Shown one piece after another: positions 1-8,386 of a stretch of 33,916 nt of DNA. The notes beneath the pieces are model-generated. The model was given only the letters and a program-made list of their open reading frames with translations, had not been told where the DNA came from and ran no database searches. Both the position numbers and the translations under genes were made by a program. Location: positions 1 through 33,916 of the forward strand of contig CAJFQT010000002.1 of assembly GCA_904419095.1 (NCBI GenBank). The letters are read 5' to 3'. How positions within the stretch are numbered: position 1 is the stretch's first letter; the number at the start of each line of letters is the position of its first letter. Source of the stretch: an uncultured Clostridia bacterium. Its GTDB lineage: Bacteria > Bacillota > Clostridia > TANB77 > CAG-508.

Positions 1-909
1 ATGAATATGAGAATCAATTTTGCAGGAATAGAAATGAAAAATCCTGTAACTGTAGCAGCAGGGACATTTGGCTATGGGAGAGAATTTGCAAATTTTTTTG
101 ACCTGGGAAAACTAGGAGCAATAATAACAGAAGGAACATCTTTAGGACCTAAAAGTGGAAATAAACCACCTAGAGTTTGTGAGGTATCAAGTGGGATAGT
201 ATCTAACATCGGTCTTCAAAATCCGGGAGTAGAATATTTTGCAAATAATGAATTAGCATTTTTACGAAAATTTGATACTAAAATAATAGTAAATGCTTGT
301 GCAAATTCAATTGAAGAATTTGAAGAATTGTGTAAAATTTTAAATACTTTAGATATAGATGGAGTGGAAATAAATACAGCTTGTCCAAATATGAATGATG
401 AAAATAGAGCATTTGGAAGTACATATGATGGTATAAAAATCTTAACAAAAACAGTAAGAAAAGTACTTCAAAAACCATTGATTATAAAATTAACACCAAA
501 TGTTACAAATATAGGAGAGATAGCAAAAGGTGTAGAAGAAGCGGGGGCTGATGCTATTTCCTTAATAGGAACAATTTCAGCAATGAAGATAGATATATAT
601 AAAAGGAGGTCTATGATAAGTACAAATATTGGAGGACTATCAGGCCCCGCAATAAAACCGATTGCATTAAGAATGGTTTATGAAGTAAAGAAAAAGGTGA
701 AAATTCCTATAATGGGTTTAGGTGGTATAATATCAGGAGAAGATGCAATAGAATTTATGTTGGCTGGAGCAACAGCTATATCAATAGGTGCTGGGAATTT
801 GATAGATCCATATACAAGTATGAAAACAATAGAAGGAATAGAAGAATATATGAGAAAATGTAATATAGAAAATATTTCTGATATTATAGGAAAGATAGAA
901 ATGAATTAA
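1..909 (+). CDS. pyrD: Dihydroorotate dehydrogenase, class 1B catalytic subunit
   Basis: 302-aa ORF with canonical class-1 DHOD motifs (KNPVTVAAGTFGYG, SNIGLQNPG, GVEINTACPN, GGLSGPAIKPIALRMV, GLGGI-SGEDAIEF). Confidence 0.9.
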   Translation: MNMRINFAGIEMKNPVTVAAGTFGYGREFANFFDLGKLGAIITEGTSLGPKSGNKPPRVCEVSSGIVSNIGLQNPGVEYFANNELAFLRKFDTKIIVNACANSIEEFEELCKILNTLDIDGVEINTACPNMNDENRAFGSTYDGIKILTKTVRKVLQKPLIIKLTPNVTNIGEIAKGVEEAGADAISLIGTISAMKIDIYKRRSMISTNIGGLSGPAIKPIALRMVYEVKKKVKIPIMGLGGIISGEDAIEFMLAGATAISIGAGNLIDPYTSMKTIEGIEEYMRKCNIENISDIIGKIEMN

Positions 910-1116
910 TACTAATTGAAATAGAAATAAGCCTCTTGAAAGGTTGATATATAAATATTTTGTGTCAAAGATTTACAGGCAGACTAAAAATTCTTTGAAA
1001 AGATATTTGTATATTAATCTTTTAAACTATTCTATAAGATTTAATTTGAAAAATAGTAGAAAAATTAAAAGCTTTAAATAAGGCTAAAGAATAAGCATCA
1101 AACAATATTTATGAGC

Positions 1117-1140
1117 CGAGGGAATTTCCCTCGACTTTTT
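1117..1140 (+). terminator. Candidate Rho-independent terminator (cgaggg-aattt-ccctcg followed by ttttt)
   Basis: 6-bp GC-rich stem, 5-nt loop and T-run, read directly from the sequence. It lies ~200 nt after the pyrD stop, so assigning it to pyrD is uncertain. Confidence 0.45.
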
Positions 1141-1366
1141 ATGGAGTGCAAAAATTTCTTTTGTTATAGAAAAAGTGAATTGAATTTATAAAATTAAATT
1201 TTGTTTGAGCAATTAAGCTTATGCAGATAATTGTAAGAATAATACATACAACCAAAAAAATCATAAAAGTGCATATTTACAAATATTATTTATTATGATA
1301 ATATTGACAACAGAAGAATATAATTATATTTTTCTATTTAATAAATACCTAAAGAGGGTGAATAAA

Positions 1367-2200
1367 ATGATAAAATTTACAAAAATGCAAGGGCTAGGGA
1401 ATGATTATGTTTATATTGATGCAATCCATCAAAATATAGAAAACGAATCAACCCTAGCTCAATTTGTTAGTAACAGAAACTTTGGTATAGGATCAGATGG
1501 TTTGATACTTATATGTAAAAGTAATGTCGCAGACTTTAAAATGAGGATGTTTAACTCAGATGGAACAGAAGCAGAAATGTGTGGTAATGGTATCAGATGT
1601 GTCGGAAAATTCGTATATGATAAAGGATTGACAAACAAGACACAAATTACAGTAGAAACATTAGCAGGCATAAAGAAATTGAACTTAAATACAAAGGAAG
1701 GAAAAGTAGAAACTGTAAAAGTAGATATGGGTATTCCAATATTAAAACCAGAAGAGATACCAGTAATATCTAAAGAAAATCCAGTAAGAAACTTAAAAAT
1801 CGAAGCAGAAGGAAAAGAATTTAAATTTACATGTGTTTCAATGGGAAATCCACATGCAATTACAATTGTAGAGAATACAGAAAAGTTTGATGTACAAAAA
1901 TATGGAAAAATTATAGAAATAGACAAAAGTTTTCTTAGAAGAATAAATGTAGAATTTGTTCAAATAATTGATAAAAACAATATAAAAATGAGAGTTTGGG
2001 AAAGAGGAGCAGGAGAAACACTAGCCTGTGGAACAGGTGCCTGTGCCAGTGTAGTATCATGTGTATTAAATGACTATACAGAAAGAAATGTAGTTGTACA
2101 GCTTTTAGGTGGAAATCTAGAAATAGAATGGAGTGAAAAAGACAACCACGTGTATATGACAGGTCCAGCAGTAACTGTTTTTGAAGGAGAATTAATATAA
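1367..2200 (+). CDS. dapF: Diaminopimelate epimerase
   Basis: [16 protein letters not shown]-terminus and both catalytic-Cys motifs ([34 protein letters not shown]). Start set at ATG 1367, preceded by an AGAGGG RBS, rather than the ORF-track start at 1295. Confidence 0.9.
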   Translation: MIKFTKMQGLGNDYVYIDAIHQNIENESTLAQFVSNRNFGIGSDGLILICKSNVADFKMRMFNSDGTEAEMCGNGIRCVGKFVYDKGLTNKTQITVETLAGIKKLNLNTKEGKVETVKVDMGIPILKPEEIPVISKENPVRNLKIEAEGKEFKFTCVSMGNPHAITIVENTEKFDVQKYGKIIEIDKSFLRRINVEFVQIIDKNNIKMRVWERGAGETLACGTGACASVVSCVLNDYTERNVVVQLLGGNLEIEWSEKDNHVYMTGPAVTVFEGELI

Positions 2201-2240
2201 GTATTAAAATGAATGAAAGAAAGATAAGTTTGAGAAGGGA

Positions 2241-3492
2241 ATGAGAGATAATATGAGTTATATAAATGAAAACTTTTTAGAATTACAAGATAGTTACTTA
2301 TTTTCTACAATAGCAAAAAAAGTAGCTGAATACACAGAAAATAATCCAGAGAAAGAAGTCATAAAATTAGGGATAGGAGATGTAACAAAACCAATAGTAC
2401 CAGCTTGTATTGAAGCAATGCATAAAGCAGTTGATGAGATTGCAACAATAGAAGGATTTAAAGGATATGGACCAGAGCAAGGATATGAATTTTTAAGAAA
2501 AGCAATTGCAATAAATGATTATAAGTTAAGAAAAATAGAAATAGAAGAAGACGAAATATTTGTATCAGATGGAGCAAAGTGTGACTCTCGGAAATATAGT
2601 AGACATTTTTGCAAAAGAAAACAAAGTAGCAATAACAGATCCAGTATATCCAGTATACTTAGATACAAATGTAATGTCAGGAAGAAGCGGTAAATATAAT
2701 GAAGAAACAGGAAAATATGAAAACATTATATATTTACCAGTAACAGTAGAAAATAACTTTAAACCAGAATTACCAAAAGAAAAAGTAGATATAATATATT
2801 TATGTTTTCCAAACAATCCAACAGGAACAGTTTTAACAAAGCAGGAATTAAAAGAATGGATTGATTATGCAAAAGAAAATAAAGCAATAATCCTATATGA
2901 TTCAGCATATGAAGCATTCATAGAAGAAGAAAACATTCCACACAGCATATATGAAATAGAAGGAGCAAAAGAAGTAGCAATAGAATTCAAAAGTTTTTCA
3001 AAAACAGCAGGATTTACTGGAGTAAGATGTGCATACACAGTAGTACCAAAACAAGTAAAAGGATATACAAAAAAAGGAGAAGAAATAAGTCTAAACAAGC
3101 TATGGAACAGAAGAACAACAACAAAATTCAATGGAGTATCATACATAGTACAAAGAGCAGCAGAAGCAACATATTCAGAAGAAGGAAAAAAACAAATAGA
3201 AGAAAATATAAAATATTACAAAGAAAATGCCAAAATAATAAAGCAAGGACTAGAAAAAGCAGGATTCAAAGTATATGGAGCGATAAACTCACCATACATA
3301 TGGCTAAAAGTACCAGAAGGAATATCATCATGGGAATTTTTTGACAAACTACTTAAAGAAGTAAACATTGTAGGAACACCAGGAAGTGGATTTGGTCCAA
3401 GTGGAGAAGGATATTTTAGACTAACAGCATTTGCAACAAGAGAAAATACAATAAAAGCAATGCAAAGAATAGAAAACTGGAAAAGGGATTAA
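2241..3492 (+). pseudogene. dapL: LL-diaminopimelate aminotransferase (DapL-type), interrupted by a 1-nt insertion near 2587-2589
   Basis: Two overlapping ORFs (2241-2693 and 2560-3492) together form one class-I aminotransferase. Frame 1 reads ...[10 protein letters not shown] and frame 2 continues [29 protein letters not shown]. Removing one base of 'tctcgga' restores the conserved DGAKCD-GNI junction. The true start may be ATG 2253 (MSYINENFLEL). This may be an assembly indel rather than a real pseudogene. Confidence 0.8.
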
Positions 3493-3540
3493 GGGACGGT
3501 CCTCAAAATCCCTCCTAGAAGGGATTTTGGGGACGGACCT
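3481..3540. repeat. Left copy of a composite GC-rich inverted repeat: aaaaGGGATTaa-GGGACGGTCC-tc-AAAATCCCTCCTAGAAGGGATTTT-g-GGGACGGACC
   Basis: Read directly. It overlaps the last codons and stop of dapL. It contains a 24-nt near-palindrome flanked by two direct 10-mers. Its reverse complement matches 4180-4240. Confidence 0.85.
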
Positions 3541-3629
3541 TAAAAAAATTGAAAAAACAAGAAAAAATTTTAAATATATTTGATTAGTAGATGATGATGA
3601 TTAATTAAAAAATTAAAAAAGTTTGTAGT

Positions 3630-3760
3630 AGAAAATATAGCTATTGTATTATAAATGATATCTATAAGAAAGACAGAAAAATATAATTTATTTTATTATG
3701 AATAACTTATAGATGTCATTTGTTATTTTCAGAAATAAGCTATATTTTCTTTTTTTATTT
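3630..3760 (+). other. Long imperfect hairpin followed by a T-run (possible dapL terminator or small structured RNA)
   Basis: A perfect 13-bp inverted repeat agaaaatatagct (3630-3642) / agctatattttct (3738-3750) encloses a nested 16-bp inverted repeat (3653-3668 / 3706-3721) with one G-U-type mismatch. It is followed by ttttttattttt. Confidence 0.3.
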
Positions 3761-3896
3761 TTGGAAAACTTGATGTTTACTTAAATTTAATAATATTTTT
3801 CAAAAAAAGTATAAATTATTATGTAATAATACAAAATAAGAAGGAATAATTTTTTAATAAGTTAATAATATAATAAATTATTTTTAAGAAAAATAG

Positions 3897-4163
3897 TGTA
3901 CAAAAAGTAATGAATTAGATTATTAAAAGTTTTTGTACTAAAAGTAATAGAGAAAATTGTTAAAAGTTTATCACACTAAAAGCAATAAATTAGATTTATT
4001 AAAATGTTATTGCAGTAAAAGAGATAAAATAAAGTGTCAAAATTATTTCAATAAAAATAATAAATTAGAACATTAGAAAATTATAGCAATAAAAAATTGA
4101 TAGGTTATTGTATTTAAAAAATATTGTAATAAAAGATTAATAAATAACATTATTGAAAAAATT
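3897..4163. repeat. About 7 degenerate tandem units of 35-40 bp in the AT-rich leader
   Basis: Units start near 3897, 3934, 3971, 4010, 4049, 4084 and 4124. Each begins ~NNNNa(c/g)TAAAAG(t/c)AAT and ends ~TTAAAA(g)TT(t/a). Alignment was by eye and identity is partial. Confidence 0.5.
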
Positions 4164-4179
4164 TAAAAAAAATTTTCAA

Positions 4180-4240
4180 GGACCGTCCCCAAAATCCCTC
4201 CTAGAAGGGATTTTAAGGACCGTCCCTAAATCCCTGTTTT
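4180..4240. repeat. Right copy of the composite inverted repeat: GGACCGTCCC-c-AAAATCCCTCCTAGAAGGGATTTT-aa-GGACCGTCCC-tAAATCCCtgtttt
   Basis: Its reverse complement matches 3481-3540 with a few mismatches. It lies immediately upstream of the RBS (GAAGGAGG, 4241-4248) and ATG 4254 of the first polysaccharide gene. Confidence 0.85.
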
Positions 4241-4253
4241 GAAGGAGGCTTTT

Positions 4254-5453
4254 ATGAGGAATATAAAATTTTCTCCGCCTGATATAACAAATAAAGAAAT
4301 TAGAGAAGTAGTAAAGACTTTGAAGTCTGGATGGATTACTACTGGGCCTAAGACAAAGCTTTTTGAAAAAAGAATAGCGGATTTTTGTGGAACTGATATG
4401 GCTGTGTGTTTTAATTCTTGTACTGCTGGTCTTGAACTTATTTTGAGAGTTTTGGGTATAGGTAGTGGTGATGAGGTTATTGTTCCAGCATATACGTATA
4501 CTGCTTCTGCTAGTGTGATTGCTCATGTTGGGGCTGATATTGTTTTTGTTGATAATGATAAGGATAGTTTTTTTATTGATTATGAAGAATTGGAGAGTAA
4601 GATTTCTGAGAGGACTAAAGCTATAATTTTGGTTGATTTGGCTGGCGTACCAGCAGATTATTCTAAAACTTATGAAATTATAAATAGGAATTTGGATAAG
4701 TTTAGGGCTGAAAATGAAGTTCAAGAGGAATTTGGAAGAATTGTTTTGATTTCTGATTCTGCACATTCTTTTGGGGCTGAGTATTATGGAAATAGGGCGG
4801 GAAGTTTAGCTGATTTTACTAGCTTTTCTTTTCATGCTGTTAAAAACTTAACGACTGCAGAGGGGGGAGCTGTTACTTGGAAGAGTTTTGATGGTATTGA
4901 TAGTGATTTTTTGTATAAGTTGTTTTTGTTGTATTCATTACATGGACAAAATAAGGATGCTCTTCAAAAAACTAAGTTGGGGGCTTGGGAGTATGATATT
5001 CAATTTCCTGCATACAAATATAATATGACAGATATAATGGCTTCAATAGGTATTGCACAATTAAATAGGTATGATAAGTTGCTTAAGAAACGAAGGAGTT
5101 TGATTAATTTATATAATGAAAATTTAAAGGATTGTAATGTACAAATTTTGAATCACTATACAGAGAATTTGAATTCTAGTGGACATTTGTATTTGCTTAG
5201 ATTGTTGGGAAAAGGTGAAGAGGATAGGAATGAATTTATAAGAAAAATGGCTGATTTTGGTGTTCCACTTAATGTGCATTATAAGCCTTTACCTATGATG
5301 ACTGCTTATAAAAGGTTGGGATTTAGAATTGAGAATTTTCCAAATAGTTTTGATGTTTATAAGAATGAGGTTACTTTACCATTACATACGTTATTAAGCA
5401 AAAAGGACATAAATTATATTAGTAAAACTTTTAAAAGGATATTGGAGAATTGA
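4254..5453 (+). CDS. DegT/DnrJ/EryC1/StrS-family PLP-dependent sugar aminotransferase (EpsN/PglE-like)
   Basis: Motifs: FSPPDIT..EI..V...L.SGWITTGPK N-terminus, VPAYTYTASA, SDSAHSFGA, and SFHAVKN carrying the PLP lysine. Start moved to ATG 4254, behind the GAAGGAGG RBS. Confidence 0.85.
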   Translation: MRNIKFSPPDITNKEIREVVKTLKSGWITTGPKTKLFEKRIADFCGTDMAVCFNSCTAGLELILRVLGIGSGDEVIVPAYTYTASASVIAHVGADIVFVDNDKDSFFIDYEELESKISERTKAIILVDLAGVPADYSKTYEIINRNLDKFRAENEVQEEFGRIVLISDSAHSFGAEYYGNRAGSLADFTSFSFHAVKNLTTAEGGAVTWKSFDGIDSDFLYKLFLLYSLHGQNKDALQKTKLGAWEYDIQFPAYKYNMTDIMASIGIAQLNRYDKLLKKRRSLINLYNENLKDCNVQILNHYTENLNSSGHLYLLRLLGKGEEDRNEFIRKMADFGVPLNVHYKPLPMMTAYKRLGFRIENFPNSFDVYKNEVTLPLHTLLSKKDINYISKTFKRILEN

Positions 5454-5460
5454 TAGAGAT

Positions 5461-6048
5461 ATGTATAAATACTTTATAAAAAGATTATTGGATGTTATTT
5501 TGGCAATAGCATTGTTACCTTTATTGCTGGTAATCACGGTTTTGGTTGCTCCTTTTATATTTTTAGAGGATAAGGGTTCGGTGTTTTATATTTCTGATAG
5601 ACTGGGAAAAAAGGGAAGGGTTTTTAAGATGTATAAGTTTAGAACTATGAAGGAGAATTCTCGTGATATTAGAAATGCTGATGGTTCAACTTATAATGGT
5701 GAGTACGATTCTAGGGTTACAAAGGTCGGAAGATTTTTGAGAAGAACTAGTATTGATGAGTTGCCTCAGATTTTGAATGTGCTTAGGGGAGAAATGTCTT
5801 TTATTGGGCCAAGACCTGATTTGCCAGAGCATATATTACTGTATACAAAGGAGGAGAAGAGAAAGTTGAAGGTTAGACCTGGTATTACGGGGTATAATCA
5901 GGCTTATTTTAGGAATTCTATTAGGTGGAAGGATAAGATTAGAAATGATTTGTATTATATTGATAATATTTCTTTGTGGATGGATTTGAGGATTTTTTTG
6001 AGGACTTTTGTTTCGGTGTTTAGGAAGGATTTGATTTATTCGAAATGA
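5461..6048 (+). CDS. Small monotopic phosphoglycosyl transferase (bacterial sugar transferase family, PglC/EpsL-like), likely the priming enzyme
   Basis: 195 aa with an N-terminal re-entrant helix (KRLLDVILAIALLPLLLV), then FKMYKFRTM, DELPQILNVLRGEMSFIGPRP and PGITGYNQ motifs. Confidence 0.85.
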   Translation: MYKYFIKRLLDVILAIALLPLLLVITVLVAPFIFLEDKGSVFYISDRLGKKGRVFKMYKFRTMKENSRDIRNADGSTYNGEYDSRVTKVGRFLRRTSIDELPQILNVLRGEMSFIGPRPDLPEHILLYTKEEKRKLKVRPGITGYNQAYFRNSIRWKDKIRNDLYYIDNISLWMDLRIFLRTFVSVFRKDLIYSK

Positions 6049-6055
6049 TATGGCC

Positions 6056-6268
6056 GCCCAAGTGCTTGATATTATTATAATTTTAAATTTATTCCTACTC
6101 ATTTCATTCAGAAAGAAATTGTAGGGCTCTCTCATGAGCCTCTTTCACTCAGGCCCTTTCATTCTTCAAGTCCGTGAACATTCCTCATTCGATAGCCCAA
6201 CAATTTCTATTCTTCATTCCAATCGAACGGAATAAATTTAAAATTATAATAATATCAAGCACTTGGGC
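6056..6268. repeat. 213-bp palindromic intergenic element A: perfect 40-bp inverted arms (6056-6095 / 6229-6268) around a 133-bp partly self-complementary core
   Basis: The arm gcccaagtgcttgatattattataattttaaatttattcc and its exact reverse complement were verified base by base. Confidence 0.9.
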
Positions 6269-6343
6269 TACTCTACAATAAATTATTTTTTGCTATTTTG
6301 GAAGAGCATGGGAAAGGGGACGTAAGATTTAAATATTAATGAT

Positions 6344-7105
6344 ATGAATTTTAATAATGATAGATTTTCTTTGAAATTTTTAGAGTGGGATACGGGGTTT
6401 TTTGGTGTTAATTCTGCAAAACTTGTTCTAAAAAATGAAATTTTTAATAAGGATATAGAGAGTATAGAAAATCAAATTTCTTTGAATGGATATGAGTTTG
6501 TTACTGTTGTGAATGTGAATAATAATGCTCATAATAATAGATTAATTTATAGGCTGGGTGATGTTTTTTTGGCTGATGTTAATGTTCAGTTTGAGAAATG
6601 TATAAATGTGATGGAGTTGGAGTGCGGTGAGAACTTTGGGGTTAATGAAGATGAGGGTAAGGTAGTTGTTAGTAATAATGTTAGTTTTAATGGGGATATA
6701 TTGGGTATTTCACAGGATGAGTTTAAGTATTCAAGATTTTTTGTGGATAGGAATTTGATTAATTCGAATAATGTTTATTTGGAGTGGACTAGGAATTCTT
6801 TTGGGAGAGAGGATAAATTTTTTGCTTGTTATGAAGAAGAGAATAGAGTAGATGGGTTTGTGATATTTTCTTTTGGAGATAAAATGGATACCTTGATAAT
6901 TGAGTTGATTGCTGTAAGAAGTGAAGTGCAGGGAAATGGGATAGGAAGTTCTTTATTGAGTGGTATTGAGGTGTACGCAAGTAGAAATTTGGTTCATTCT
7001 ATTAGGGTAGGGACACAGCTTGATAATATAAGGGCACAAAATTTTTACGTAAAAAATGGTTTTAAACATATTTATAATAATTCGATTTATCATTTATGGA
7101 GATAG
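6344..7105 (+). CDS. WecD/RffC-like GNAT N-acetyltransferase (4-amino-4,6-dideoxy-sugar acetyltransferase type)
   Basis: LEWDTGFFGVNSAKL N-terminus and IRVGTQLDNIRAQNFYVKNGF....SIYHLWR C-terminus parallel E. coli WecD as recalled (LTWENAFFGVNSA ... LRVATQMGNTAALKRY...STAYWLYR). GNAT acetyl-CoA motif VQGNGIGSSLL. No strong RBS. Confidence 0.7.
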   Translation: MNFNNDRFSLKFLEWDTGFFGVNSAKLVLKNEIFNKDIESIENQISLNGYEFVTVVNVNNNAHNNRLIYRLGDVFLADVNVQFEKCINVMELECGENFGVNEDEGKVVVSNNVSFNGDILGISQDEFKYSRFFVDRNLINSNNVYLEWTRNSFGREDKFFACYEEENRVDGFVIFSFGDKMDTLIIELIAVRSEVQGNGIGSSLLSGIEVYASRNLVHSIRVGTQLDNIRAQNFYVKNGFKHIYNNSIYHLWR

Positions 7106-7117
7106 AAAGGGTGTAAT

Positions 7118-8347
7118 ATGAATATTTTATATATAGCTTCTATATTTCCAACACCACAAGAAGGAGAGAATTTGTATACTAATTTGGCGAGTGAACTTGT
7201 GGAGAGTGGTCATAAGGTTACCGTTATTGTTTCTGAAGAGAAGAGGAAGATTGATGATACTAAAGTTTTTAGGGAGAGAAATTATAATGTTATTCGCGTT
7301 AGAACAGGAAATCTATATGAAATTGGAAGTGTGGAGAAGGCAATTTCTTTCGTAACTTTGCAGTCTAAGATGAAGAATGCAATTAATAAATATTTGTCAG
7401 ATGAGAAGTTTGATATGATAGTTTTTATGTCTCCACCTGTGACTATGTATAGTGTAGTGAATTTTGCAATGAAGAAGTATAATTGTTTTTCATATTTGAT
7501 GCAAAAAGATATTTTTCCACAAAATGCGGTAGATTTGAAAATAATGACAAAATGTAATCCTGCATATTGGTATTTTAGACATAAGGAGAAGGAACTTTAT
7601 AAAATTTCAACAGTTATAGGATGTATGTCGGAGAAGAATAAAGAATATTTGTTAAAGCATAATAAGTATTTAGATTGTGCAAAGCTTCAAATTTTTCCTA
7701 ATACTACAAAATTAAATAGAGAAGAAGAGTATATAGATGATGCCATGCAAATTAAGAGGAGATATGGTATACCGGAAAATAGAGTGATAATAACTTATGG
7801 GGGGAATTTTGGAAAGCCACAGGGAATTGATTTTTTAATACAGATTTTAGGTGTTTATAAAGATAATAAAAATGTTGAGTTTCTTTTAGTTGGCAAGGGA
7901 ACAGAGAAAGAAAAGTTATATAGATATATAAAAGAAAAGAATATTGAAAATGTAAAACTTATAAATTTTTTGAATAGTGAAGAGTTTTCTAAAATTTTAA
8001 AAATTTCAGATATTGGTTTAGTGCTTTTGGATTATAGGTTTACAATTCCTAATATTCCATCAAAGACTTTAACATATTTTAAGAATAGGGTCCCTATAAT
8101 GGCTGCAACAGATAATAATACGGATTTTAAACAAATGTTAGAAGATAGTGGGGCTGGATTATGGTGTGAATCTAATGATGTTTATAGTTTTAAAGAAAAG
8201 TTGGATTTTTTGATTGCTAATAAAAAAGTGAGAAAAGAAATGGGGGAGAATGGCAGATTGTTTTTAGAAAAAAATTTGACAACTGAAGTGTCTGTGAAAA
8301 TTTTAGAAGATACTTTTAGGAACTTAAAAAATGTTAATAAGTGTTAA
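7118..8347 (+). CDS. GT4-family glycosyltransferase (WbuB/CapL-like; possible FucNAc transferase)
   Basis: 409 aa with GT-B architecture, a C-terminal E-x7-E-like region (SKTLTYF..RVPIMAA) and adjacency to capE/F/G. Acceptor/donor specificity is inferred only. Confidence 0.65.
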   Translation: MNILYIASIFPTPQEGENLYTNLASELVESGHKVTVIVSEEKRKIDDTKVFRERNYNVIRVRTGNLYEIGSVEKAISFVTLQSKMKNAINKYLSDEKFDMIVFMSPPVTMYSVVNFAMKKYNCFSYLMQKDIFPQNAVDLKIMTKCNPAYWYFRHKEKELYKISTVIGCMSEKNKEYLLKHNKYLDCAKLQIFPNTTKLNREEEYIDDAMQIKRRYGIPENRVIITYGGNFGKPQGIDFLIQILGVYKDNKNVEFLLVGKGTEKEKLYRYIKEKNIENVKLINFLNSEEFSKILKISDIGLVLLDYRFTIPNIPSKTLTYFKNRVPIMAATDNNTDFKQMLEDSGAGLWCESNDVYSFKEKLDFLIANKKVRKEMGENGRLFLEKNLTTEVSVKILEDTFRNLKNVNKC

Positions 8348-8386
8348 TAAATGATTAGTTTATTAATATAGATTGGAGATGGTAGA

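Noticed and set aside
1304-1332. TTGACA at 1304-1309 as the -35 of a dapF promoter
   Set aside because: The only good TATAAT (1319-1324) is just 9 nt away, and at 16-18-nt spacing the -10 candidates are poor (tatttt). This is not enough to call a promoter.
3027-3344. 105-aa Lys/Arg-rich + strand ORF inside dapL, and the 63-aa ORF at 26993-27184 inside ftsW
   Set aside because: These are alternative-frame readings of A-rich coding sequence within strongly supported genes, and nothing supports them independently.
3897-4163. The periodic repeats could be a CRISPR array
   Set aside because: The units are degenerate with no conserved repeat/unique spacer alternation. The period is only ~37 bp in total, the sequence is AT low-complexity, and there are no cas genes.
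4176-4766. 196-aa minus-strand ORF overlapping the aminotransferase gene, along with many other antisense ORFs (for example 278-478, 1459-1926, 2565-2816, 2865-3146, 8472-9154, 11351-11626, 16634-16960, 18351-18680, 22219-22847, 25362-25932, 26792-27130, 27403-27888, 30640-30937 and 31357-31815)
   Set aside because: These are shadow ORFs opposite well-supported genes in stop-poor frames. Their compositions are biased and low-complexity (Ile/Phe/Leu/Ser/Asn-rich), with no recognisable motifs or RBSs.
5836-6135. Minus-strand ORFs 5836-6135 and 12858-13211, which share the N-terminus MREPYNFFLN
   Set aside because: The shared peptide arises from translating the repeated non-coding core of elements A and B. 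The rest of each ORF is antisense to real genes and low-complexity.
6056-6268. The palindromic elements could be integron attC sites
   Set aside because: They are much longer than attC sites. No intI integrase or attI is present, there is no GTTRRRY core at the ends, and the elements occur only at three of about 15 gene junctions.
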